Assembly (NCBI GenBank): GCA_973895155.1
Contig: OZ316895.1
Span: 6,870,184 to 6,934,183 of the forward strand
Reading direction: 5' to 3'
From: Marsupella aquatica
Lineage: Eukaryota > Plantae > Marchantiophyta
DNA length: 64,000 nucleotides
The notes beneath the pieces are model-generated. The model was not told where the DNA came from. It did not search any database and saw only the letters and a program-made list of their open reading frames with translations. Positions 25,401-36,911 of this stretch are shown one piece after another (position 1 is the first letter of the stretch; each line of letters opens with the position of its first letter). The position numbers and the translations under genes are program-made.

Positions 25401-28263
25401 ATGAGCCTCGAATTAATCTCTGATAATTAGAAACTCTGACATGTTTCCCAGTTGTGCAGTTGGGTAAATTGTCTGTTACCATTTAATATTATAGTATCTA
25501 ACTAGGTGGAGAATCAATATTTTTCATAAAAAATATGGCCAGGATTACTGATTCCCGTAGGCTTGTTACTTGGTCTATTGTGTTTACCCAAGTTACTAAT
25601 TAAACTACTAAACTAAACATCTGAATGATATCACCTGAGCTATAACTTAACCTGAGCTACAGTTACGCACAGGAAGAATGTACAGATGAATATACAGAAC
25701 ATAAAAAGATGAATGTAATTAACATTAAAAAGAAAATACTAGATTCTAGGAGTTGTCGATCCTAAAACAGAACATGGCCCGAATCAATACTAAGTAGCTA
25801 ATTAGTCAGTAAAGAACAACCAATCGCAATTGCACACGATTAGGTGCATTATTAGCAAACTTTGCAAATAAGCCCAAATGAATAGTTCAACTCCTGACTA
25901 CACAATATAGTACCATAAGTATATATATCAATCACATGGAGAATATTGTCCCAAGTGTCCCGACATTCAAATTCAAAGCTAGCTACTATAACTAATTAAG
26001 TTCATGGATGTAAATTCTGAAAACTATTTATAGCAGAACCGAAGGTGTTCTACTGTGAGATCCTGAGTCCCTTGCACTCGGGGTGGTGGGTTCACAACAT
26101 CTAAAATACGCCCCTCGTTTAGAGCCCAGGAGGCAACCATGTGCATTTTCTGGCGAAGATTGAATCGGTTGTGCCGCAAAAATGGCTTCGGACCCTTCAC
26201 ATGGTTCTTCTTAGCTATCCATCCGTTAATATTTTCTTCGACATCCTTTTCACTTGCTGCACTCATCACCATCATGCACACTGTAATAACAGCCTTGTGC
26301 GTTAGCCTTTCTGCTATTATTTTACAATCCTGCAGGGAAATCACAAGCTAGTAATTAATGAATGATTAGTATATAAGAAAACTGATCACGGCTCTTTGGA
26401 AGTGTGAAGTAAACAATATCAAAGCAATAGTTTACAGATTGACCGCAGCTGTCAACAAAGTTGTTATGGCTAGCTAGTGGCATGGCGCGCAACCAGACAA
26501 ATAATTATGGCATACATGGAATATCTACGTACTTGTGAATATCTACGTACCGGTTCATCCTCTTGCAATTTGTCACCACTTGCAGTTTGTTGTGAGTTTG
26601 TTGGTTTATCCTTTATGATTGCTCGGCATGGTAAGTCTTTCTGAATTGTTTGGCCCTCCAATGTCCTCTGTAAAACCGTGCAGTGCACGTAAGTATGTGG
26701 AAACAAGTATCTAGCTACTAGTCACAGAATGTCCAATCAATCTAGCTTATATAGTATTGCAAGGTCTATCATTAACAAAGCTAGCCAGATAGTTTACTGC
26801 TCGCGGTGAAAGAATTGAATAAAAGAAGGCATGGCAAAAGTTTGCAATTAACCTGACTTGATTTCCTTCTAACAAATTTCTGGAAATGTTGTTTGCCCTC
26901 TTCACCCGAAATTGCATTAAACTGCAGAGCTTTGCCACTTGGTCGTGCTTTGTTGGCTAGGCGTTCACCACCCACATTAACAGGACAGTTTTCCTTGTCC
27001 TCAAATCCTGGGGGGCTAATCTCCAAGTCCACGTGCAGCTGGAACAAAAAATGGTAGCAATCAGAAACTAGAAACTGGAGTACGTGGACTGTCAACAATG
27101 TATTGAACTGTTGCAAGAACATGCTTGGCAAGATTAATTAATGCAATATTTGATAATTAAAGTCCATGCCACAATCTTAGTGAGCTAATATATATATTGT
27201 AAATTTATGTCGATCTGGTGTTCTGGTTAACAAAAATGAGAGATAGGATGAGAGAAAGTGAGATTCATTGAAAGATTGTTGAGTCTGGGCATCACCTGCA
27301 CTTGCGGACTCCTCCTTTTCCTTGGAGGACTAGTTGGATCAACCAAGGTGCATGCTTGCAAGTCCCCATTGCTGTTAACTTTTCCTGGGGTGAAAGTCTC
27401 AATATCAGTGCTCCCAAGAAGGTCTTCTGAGGTACAAGGGCCTTTAGGCAATGGAGAGTCAGAAGATGGAGTTACGTTTGATGACCACCCACCAGAGGAT
27501 CTGAAATTGGGCTGGTGGTCTGAAGACTTGTCTATTTCCGAGTGCTGTTCGGAAGACACAGCCAACAAATTATCAAGTTCTTCAAGTTCTGATTTTCTTG
27601 AGGCTTGTTGGTCTGGCCTGGGTGCCCTGTCCTCCCAACCAGGTACCCATGGCCACTTGGTGGGTGGGTACGGATCCATTGCAGTGTAAACTGCAGCTAT
27701 TTCAATATGACTTCCCTGAACAATCCCACATGGTCATATTAGAGAAGTATCAATTTGCTACTGCTACAATTGACCTTACAATTAATCATGGCTAGACAAA
27801 ATTCAGCTTACCTTAGCCTCATATGCAATATCACATATATCAAACTTGCAACAATCCATGTGTACGCAATCACTATATATGGTGGCATGCAAGTTAAAGA
27901 ATCTTATTTACTATGTCAAGTATCGAAATTGTTGTACCAAAGTTTCTGCTGAATTGTCCGCAAGGGATGTAATATTTCCCAATGCCATCTCCAGGGATCC
28001 TAGTTTCTTCCTCAAGTGATGTTACCTGCACTTTGTACATCTTGAAAGAGTTCTCTTGCGTCACCTCCAAGATTCTTCCCATCCCAAACCTGGCAACCAT
28101 ATCTGTAATCATATGATCTGATTTGTGCCCTGTCGAGAATTGTCTGTCTGCAATTTGATTGGAATGCATCTGTTTAGGGACAGCCAAAAGGTTCATCCGG
28201 TGGTTGCTGGATTCATGGTTCAGTTGTAATATCTCATCATTGTGGTCTAATGTCGGAACGTGG

Positions 28264-28965
28264 GAAGTGAGCTTCTCATGAGATTCTGTCGAAGACACTA
28301 CAACTGCACGTACACAGTGTTCAATAATCAGAGATTGCGCACGTACAATGTACAATAATCAGAGGTTGAATTTTTGAAATTCCTGGCAAAGCTCTAAGTA
28401 CAAACAAGCAAAATATTCAAACTCTTATACTAGTTAACACCGGTGGCACTAAGACAAGCAAAAGTTTTATGACAAACTAGAAACCTTTCGAAGTGGTTTG
28501 TGCAGAACAGCTTCCAAGAACAGAAGTGGGCTTCTCATTAGATTCTGTCGAAGACACTACAACTGCACGTACACAATGTTCAATAATCAGATTGCGCATG
28601 TACAGTGTACAATAATCAGAGGTTGAATTTTTGAAATTCCTGGCAAAGCCCTAAGTACAAATAAGCAAAATATTCAAAGTCTTATACTAGTTAACACTGG
28701 TGGCACTATGATCGACAAGCAAAAGCTTTATGACAAATTATAAACCTTTCGAAGTGGTTTGTGTAGAATAGCTTCCAAGAACATAAGTGGGCTTCTCTTG
28801 AGATTATGTTGAAGGCACTACAACTGCACACAGTGTTGAACAATAATTTGCCACATGTACAGTGTCCAATAATCAGAGGTTGAATTTTTGAAATTCCTGG
28901 CAAAGCCCTAAGTACAAATAAGCAAAATATTCAAACTCTTAAGTACAATTAACACCCGTGGCATT
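28264..28965. repeat. ~260-bp tandem exon-intron module x ~3
   Basis: Units start near 28264, 28524 and 28785. They create two 78-nt AG/GT-bounded minus-strand exons, 28485-28562 and 28746-28823. Confidence 0.85.
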
Positions 28966-30070
28966 ATGACATGCAAACGCTTTCTGAAAAATTTGAAACC
29001 TTTCAAAACTGCTGAAGGAAATTGAGTATGCGTACCAGCATCTTTGTTGTGCTTTCTCTTCAGAGCCTTATTGTATTCATGCTTCCGGTTTTTGATTGCT
29101 TCGTAAACATCCTCTAGCCTCCACTGTAGCTGACTTCGTCGCAAAAGACCAGAGCCTTTAGTTCACTCATGCGCTTCTTTGCATACTCCATGCACATTAA
29201 TTTCACCTTCTCACATTTCTTGAAGTCTTGGGTCATGAAAGACCGCAATTCCTCGTTTCCATCTATATCTGAAAACCAGTTCCTGTTCTTTCTCATGTTC
29301 TCATTGTGTGCCAAATGGGCACTGGGATATAGCTTGAGCAGCTTCCGTCCTCCTGACTTATCTTTGAAGATATCCTTGTAGGATGGGAAGTCAGTTGTCT
29401 GTGATTAAAAATGAGCACAAGAAAGACAGTCAGCGGTTTGGTTCAAAATTGCAAGAGACACTAAAAAATGCAACACATTCACTTGAGATAAATAGATTAC
29501 GTACATCATGGCCTGGTACAATGCATGAAACTTTCACTAGCTCAAGATATATAAGGCATGCGGGACTCCAATCTTCTCTGCTCTAATTGCACATGTATTT
29601 GGAAATATGGTGAATAACACTTCAAAGTAGAATCAAGACTAAATAGCGGGTGTTAATGAACTGAACCTTACAGCAGCAAGCTTGGGAGAACGCATGGGAG
29701 AAGGGACGTACCTTTTCAAGCGAAGTGTTTTTTGACGTATTATCCATGGACGTAGATTGCCCCCTCTTGTCAATTTTATCTGATCTGGTCCTGACAAAAG
29801 GAGTTGTTTCTTGCCTGCACCCAGTTCTTGGTGTCGTGGAGCCAATTGTTGCTGGTTGCTCCCGCACTGAAGACGCCATGTTAATTGCAGCTGCAGTCGT
29901 AGGGTAGTCCAGATCATCAAGCAATTTTTTACGGAAATTGCACTGCATGTGACGCCGGTGACATGGTCCTTATTCAATAATACGATGGAATTGGTATGCT
30001 GTGCACAGTAAGTAACTGTGAGACTGTAGAACGATCAGCGAGATGGCAAGAATAAGGGCAATCATATGTC

Positions 30071-30365
30071 TGTTAGGAATTGACTCTAGTTCCCGACATA
30101 GTTAGCTTGGCCTTACTAGGGTTAGTTTTAACCCTAGATTACATTAGGATAAGATCCGCTTAGTTTAGGCCCACTCATCTTGGCCCCCTTGGGGGGTATA
30201 GGCTGGAGGGAGAGCACTCTCTCCCTCATTCTTCACATGTACTCTCATTTGCTATGGAGCCTTCAGGAGTTTCTCCACTCGGGGTGTCTCGTCGGTGTAG
30301 CGTCTGATTGAGTGTCTCTCATGTTTCCGCATTGCTGTCTAGTCCGGAGCTGACGGTTTCTTACA
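30071..30365 (+). repeat. Copia 5' LTR
   Basis: TG...CA; 3 mismatches counted against the 3' LTR. Confidence 0.97.
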
Positions 30366-30367
30366 AG

Positions 30368-30379
30368 TGGTATCAGAGC
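30368..30379 (+). other. Primer binding site (tRNA-iMet)
   Basis: TGGTATCAGAGC, 2 bp downstream of the 5' LTR. Confidence 0.93.
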
Positions 30380-32018
30380 TGTGTTTGTGGTTCGGTGGCC
30401 TGGGCAGTGATGAGAGCGATCGTTGTGTTGGATCGTGGTGAAAGATTGAATCGTCGTCGATGGTTGCATGATCTTTTCACTGGCCGTTTCATTTTGAAGG
30501 ATTTGTGTTCAGAAAGGGTGACGGTTTTCCAATTGTAACTTCTCTGAAGTGTTGGATGTGTCACTGTGTTTTTCTGAAGGGATTGTTGGGTGTCCAGTCC
30601 AACGATCTTCTCTGCACATCGGTATGCACTAAGTTCTGGCAAAAGTTTCATTACTTTTTGTTTTCCGAGTGCGGAGTAATCTCATCTTGAGTTTGTTGTT
30701 AAGAGCTTGATGCTCTAGGTTATGCTTTTTTTATGTTTCGACTCTTCTCGTTGTGGGGCCAGTGGGGCCGTTTTCCTTCTCGTTAAAAGTCAAGTTTTCG
30801 TAAGCCAAAGTTGCGAAATTTTGCTTGTTGGGCTTTTCTCTCGAGGTCGCCGCTGCGCAACATTTTTCGGCGGAGCGGCAGGAGAAAGTACGAGAGGACT
30901 ACCAGGGCGAGTGTACAAGCCCCATCATATGTACGCCTGTACGTGGCGGTACGAGGCCAAAGGCACAAGCAGGTGGGCGGGGTACAACTGTACCCGAAGG
31001 TACAGTGGGGAGAGGGAGCTCCCTCCTCACGGGAGTATTTTCCTGCAGGGCCCAAGGTGTGAGCAGGTACAACTGTACCTGCAGGTATAGTACTTGAAAG
31101 TACTGCATTAAGTGGGAAGGGAAGGATTTGTGCTCCCTTCTTACGGGAGTCATTTTCTTTGGGCACAAAGCCCTATGAGCATTGAAGAGGGGGAGAGGGG
31201 GAGCGAGCACTCCTTTCCCTTGGGAGTTTTTAATTAGGCTCAAGGCCCTATGCTGCAGCTTGGAGAAGGGGTGAGAGGGGAGTTTTAATGCTCCCTCCTT
31301 TCGGGAGCACTTAAGTGGTTTCAAGGGCACGAGGCCCTATAAATGTATGAGCTAGCCAGGAGGGCTCGGGTGCATTTAAGGAGGGTACGAGGAAGTATTT
31401 AAAGGGTCAATGCGCGACCCTATGCGCGGGAGGGCAAGGCACGGAAAAGTTTTTTTTTAAAGAATTTTTTTGAGGTCGGTAGGGACGAACGCTCGTCCCT
31501 AGTCTTCATTTTTTTTCTTTGTTCTTTTCTTTTTCTCTCCGCGATTACTCTTACTTCCCAGGTGGACAGGTGTTGGCTCCACATTTCTTCTGCTGTAAAA
31601 TTCGACTGTACTTTGATTCCCTCTGAAAGATACTTTTCCAGAGAGCTGAATTTTGGCCTAAATTTCCGAATTCGGCGGTTGTCGAGGCAGAATTTTTTCG
31701 CACTGCTTTGCAAGGGGATACTCAAGGGAGTTGAGCACGGGCCTGTGAAATCAATTTGCATTTAACTATTGCAAAAAAATTTCGGGACCTAAGATACCCG
31801 ACGGGGGTCAAAACGGCCATTTTGACCCCCCTCCGGTCCGGGTTGAATAAGTTTTCGCTGGAGAAGTTTTTTGCCAAATCATTTTCAGATCTTGGTAGTG
31901 TACCTTGCAGGCTACGCGGTAGTGCATTCCATTTCCACTTTCACCAACTTTCATTTTTTGGTGACTTTTTGGGTGGAAGTATTTCGGTTGTGTTTCCTGT
32001 GTGTTTGTGGCAGCATCA

Positions 32019-35000
32019 ATGACTTCAAGAAATCTTGCGGCGCCAAAGTTTGAGGTGGAGAAGTTTGACGGGAAGGTCAGCTTCAGCCTCTGGACTCGGA
32101 AGGTGACCAATGTGTTGATCCAGCAGGGTCTTGAGAAGACCCTCACTGGAGTGAAACCCTCGAATCTAACAGATGAGGAGTGGGAGGACATGTCGGTGCA
32201 GGCGTGTAGCACAATTGAGTTGTTCTTGGCAAACAACATTCTCAAGAATGTGTTGGGGATGGATCGGAATGCCAAGAAAATCTGGGATATGCTTACTCAG
32301 CTATACCAGAGTACTTCGTTGACTACTCGCATTTATCACTTGGAGCGGCTGTTTAGGTTGAAGTTGAAAGATGGTGGCAACATGCGTGATCACCTCAATC
32401 TCTTTGATGAGATTGTGCACGAGGTGGCCACGGCGGGAGACAAGTTGACCGATGAGTATCTTGCGATGCATTTGTTGATGTCGCTTCCTCAGAGCTATTC
32501 GACGTTGGTGACAGTCATCACACATGACAAGTCTACGTTGAAGCTGGATGAGGTAAAGGCTACCATTCTTGCAGAATGGGGCAAGCGACAACTTTCTGGC
32601 CGTGACAATGAGTCTGTTGCCTTAGTGGTTAGAGGCAGATCGACGGAGCGTACTACGGATCAGTCTAGATCTAAATCACATAGTAGATCTAAATCTAAGT
32701 CCCGTAGTAAGAAAGTGCAGTGTTGGCATTGCCATGAGAAGGGCCACACCAAGTGGAATTGTCCTTCTCTGTCGAAGCAGAAGCGTCCTGCTTCCAATGG
32801 TGCGTCCTCATCGTCGGCTGGTATTGTGATTGCTGATAATGAGGATGCTGCTGAAGTGCTATGTATTGGTGCTGTGAATTCTGTGTATGACAATAAATGG
32901 ATGTTGGATTTGGGTTCCTCTTATCACGTGTGTCCAACGCAATCATATTTCTCCACTTACCAACCTTGTACCGGTACTGTGGAAATCGGAAATGGAGTCC
33001 AATGTGCGATTGTTGGCATGGGGACTATCAAATTCCGGATGTTTGATGGTGTTGTGCGAGCACTGACGGGAGTCAGACACATACCAGATATCTCTAAGAA
33101 TTTGATTTCTCTTGGTGTTTTGGAAGCTGGTGGATCTCATTTCACTGCACATGATGGTGCGCTCTTTGTCGTCAAAGATGATGTATCTTTGATTAAGGTG
33201 CTACGGCAGAATAATTTGTACATCTTGGAAGGAGATGTCATTGCTCCTAGAGTGGAGCATGTGGATTATGTGGTGGAACGTTCGGATGCAGCGGCAACAT
33301 CTGCTGTAGAGTCATCTACGGCTGCTTCAATTGAAGCACCCTCAACATCTGGTCGCACACAAGCCATAGATTTGTGGCATGCATGGTTGGGGCACTTGAG
33401 TGATAAAGGATTGGCAGCCTTGGCAAACAGAGATTTGTTGCAAGGCGCTCAATCTGGTAAACTCTCTTTCTATGAAGATTGCATCTTCGGCAAGCAGAGG
33501 AGAGTGAGTTTCAGTTCTAGTTCATACCATTCTCATGAAATTCTTGAGTATGTACATTCAGATGTTTGGGGTCCAGCGCCGGAGCCGTCGTTGGGGGGAG
33601 CCAGATATTTTGTGACGTTTGTAGATGATTACTCTCGAATGTGTTGGTTGTACTACATGAAGGAGAAGTCTCAAGTCTTTGAGATTTTCAAGGAGTGGAA
33701 AGCCATGGTAGAGCTACAAACTGGGAAGGAGTTGAAGTGTGTTCGGTCCGATAACGGTGGCGAGTATAAGTCCAATGAGTTTGATCAATTTGGTCGGGAC
33801 CTTGGCCTCAAGCGTCATTACACTGTACCGAAGACCCCGCAGCAGAATGGAGTTGCAGAACGGTTGAATCGGACATTACTGGAGAAAGCACGCAGCATGC
33901 TATGTAAGTCCAAGTTGCCCAACAACTTTTGGGCTGAAGCTGTCAACCAAGCTGCATACGTCTACAATCTGTCACCGCATAGTAGTAAGTTGATGCAGAC
34001 TCCATTTGAGTTGTGGTATAAGAGACCTGCTGATTACTCTAGACTCTGAGTTTTTGGTTGTGCTGCCTATGTTCACATTGAGCAGACACACAGGTCTAAG
34101 TTGGATCCCAAGTCTAAGAAATGTATTTTTCTAGGCTTTAGTCCTGGGCAGAAGGGCTATAAATTGTGGGATCCTGTCGATTGCAAGGCAATTGTGAGCA
34201 GAAATGTTGTTTTTGACGAAGAATGGTTGTCAAGACCCCGGGATATTCAGGAGGAACAGGTGGAGGAACCCACTACGATGGAGCTTGGTGGCGATGAGGA
34301 AGCTGCTGGTCCCTCTGGTAGAGGTGCAATTCCTCAACCAAGGCGCTCCACCAGGGCCAATTTTGGCCAACCCCCTGATAGATTTGGTTTTGCAGATCCT
34401 CGTGTTCACGTTGTTGAGCATGATGATGATCCCGGTGTTATTTTGCTTATTGAAGATGGAGACCCCTCTAGCTATGAAGAAGCTATGGCCTCTCCAGAGA
34501 AGGATAAGTGGATGGAGGTGATGTTGAAGGAGATGAATTCTTTGAAGAAGAATTCAACTTGGCGCTTAACTGACAATCATGCCTCGCGGGAAAACACTGG
34601 TTCCGTGTAGATGGTTGTACAAGAAGAAGCAGGATGGCACTTACAAGGCTCGCCTTGTGGCCAAAGGGTACACCCAGAAGGAGGGCTTGGACTACACGGA
34701 AATTTTCTCACCAGTTGTCAAACTCACTACTATCTGTGTTTTACTTGCGATTGTGGCATTCTATGATCTTGAGTTAGATCAGATGGATGTAATTACTGCT
34801 TTCCTGCATGGATTGCTTGATATGGAGATTTATATGACTCAGCCTCCAGGTTTTATTGAGAAGACCAGACACTTGGTGTGTAAGCTCTTGTGCTCGTTAT
34901 ACGGATTGAAGCAGAGTCCCAGACAGTGGAATAAGCATTTTGATTCCTTCATGTTATCTCAGGGGTTCACACGAAGTGAACATGATTGTTGTATTTACAT

Positions 35001-36033
35001 GAAGGAGGTGGAGAATTACTCACGCTTTGGTTACATTGTGCTGGCATTGTACGTGGATGACATGCTGATCCTGGCTGAGAATAAGTCTGATGTTGCCCAT
35101 CTGAAAGCAATGCTGAGTAAGGAGTTTTCAATGAAGGACTTGGGTCAAGCCAAGAAGATACTAGGGATGGAGATTCATCGTGACAGGGAGCAAAGGCAAT
35201 TATGGTTGTCTCAGAGGCAGTATTTGGAGAAGGTACTTGCCAAGTATGGAATGGAGAATGCAAAACCAGTTGGTACTCCATTGGCCTCCCACTTTAAACT
35301 CTCAAAGAATGATTGCCCTTCTAGTGAGAGTGATAGACTGGCGATGAAAGATGTTCCCTATGATAGTGTTGTGGGTAGTTTGATGTATGCAATGACATGC
35401 ACTAGACCTGACATTGCCCACACTGTTAGCATTTTTAGCAGATTTATGGCAAATCTTGGTAAGCTTCACTGGGAAGCAGTGAAGTGGGTTTTGCGGTATT
35501 TGAAAGGTACCTTAGATTGTGGGATCTTATTTGACGGTAAAGCAGACTCTACATTAGAGTTGGAAGGTTTTGTAGATTCAGATTATGCTGGTAACTTGGA
35601 TAACAGAAAGTCTACTATAGGCTATGTGTTTATGCTGGGTGGAGGTTGTATCAGCTGGAAGTCGGCAACTCAATCTTGTGTTGCGTGTCTACTACTGAGG
35701 CTGAGTACATGGCTGCATGTGAGGCAACCAAGGAGCTGATCTGGCTACGGAGATTGGTGAGTGACCTGGGTCTTTCACCTGAAACCGGTGCTGCTGTGCG
35801 ACAGTCAAAGTGCTTTGCATCTGGCTAAGAACCCTGTGTTCCATGCCAGGACAAAGCACATTGATATTCATTATCACTTCATCCGTGAGGTGATTGAGAC
35901 GAAGCAGATGTTTCTGGAGAAGGTGGCTTCAGAGGAGAATACGGCAGACATGCTTACCAAAGTTTTACCTACCAGTAGCTTTAGTCATTGTGTGGATATT
36001 ATTAATGTTAGGGCCAAACCAGTGACTATGTAA
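32019..36033 (+). pseudogene. Copia gag-pol polyprotein, disrupted
   Basis: KFEVEKFDGK gag, zinc knuckle CWHCHEKGHTKWNC, protease WMLDLGSSYH, integrase HSDVWGP/RSDNGGEY/QQNGVAER, RT YKARLVAKG/LYVDDML, RNase [20 protein letters not shown]. Stop at 34047-34049 and frameshifts near 34580, 35685 and 35780. Confidence 0.93.
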
Positions 36034-36089
36034 ATATGTTACTTAGTTACATATTGTATATCACCTGACTCATTGTGTGAACTTGAGTC

Positions 36090-36100
36090 AAGGTGGAGAT
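36090..36100 (+). other. Polypurine tract
   Basis: AAGGTGGAGAT immediately before the 3' LTR. Confidence 0.8.
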
Positions 36101-36395
36101 TGTTAGGAATTGACTCTAGTTCCCGACATAGTTAGCTTGGCCTTACTAGGGTTAGTTTTAACCCTAGATTACATTAGGATAAGATCCGCTTAGTTTAGGC
36201 TCTCTCATCTTGGCCCCCTTGGGGGGTATAGGCTGGAGGGAGAGCACTCTCTCCCTCATTCTTCACATGTACTCTCATTTGCTATGGAGCCTTCAGGAGT
36301 TTCTCCACTCGGGGTGTCTCGTCGGTGTAGCGTCTGATTGAGTGTCTCTCATGTTTCCGCATTGCTGTCTAGTTCGGAGCTGACGGTTTCTTACA
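36101..36395 (+). repeat. Copia 3' LTR
   Basis: Near-identical copy of 30071-30365. Confidence 0.97.
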
Positions 36396-36718
36396 ATGTC
36401 GCGGGTGGTCGGCGACCGTATCTCTTTCAATGTGTCGCCAAATCCGGATCTATAAAGAGCATTGGAAAGATCTGGTCAAGGCGAGTAAAATCGATATAAA
36501 ACACTCGGGAAACAGAGGTGTATTAAGAAAGATACGGCCTGGTTAGTGTGTCGGGTTAACTTGTGGCCGGAATTAGCGGGTTTGGCTTCGGTTTCGGGTT
36601 AACCTAAGCTTGGCCACGGCTTAGCTTAGGTCAGCCCGGCTTCAGCTTAGGCTTAGCCCGAGTTTGGGTTAGCCTGACCTCGGGCCCGGGTTAGCATAGG
36701 TCAGCTCGGGTTTAGGCT

Positions 36719-36911
36719 CAGACTAGAGGCTAGCAGACTAGCGGCTAGCGGATAACAGACTAGCGGACTAGCGGATAGCAGACTAGCAGACTAGCGAATA
36801 GCAGACTAGCGGACTAGCGACTAGCGGACTAGCAGACTAGCGGATAGCAGACTAGCGGACTAGCGGCTAGCAGGCTAGCAGACTAGCAGACTAGCGGGTA
36901 GCAGATTAGCC
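36719..36911. repeat. 8-bp minisatellite (GACTAGC(A/G))n inside the solo LTR
   Basis: Roughly 20 variant copies of CAGACTAG/CGGACTAG/CGGATAG, flanked by GGGTTAGC-rich repeats at 36550-37000. Confidence 0.9.

Larger units (their letters stand above)
30071..36395 (+). mobile_element. Full-length Ty1/Copia LTR retrotransposon
   Basis: Two 295-bp LTRs (TGTTA...TTACA), 5-bp TSD ATGTC (30066-30070 / 36396-36400), PBS, PPT, and gag-PR-INT-RT-RH domain order. Confidence 0.97.

Noticed and set aside
26024-26344. Last exon of the SAM gene as a ULP1-like protease C-terminus
   Set aside because: There is a vague VC...R..M pattern, but no His/Asp or QxNxxDCG catalytic motif is visible.
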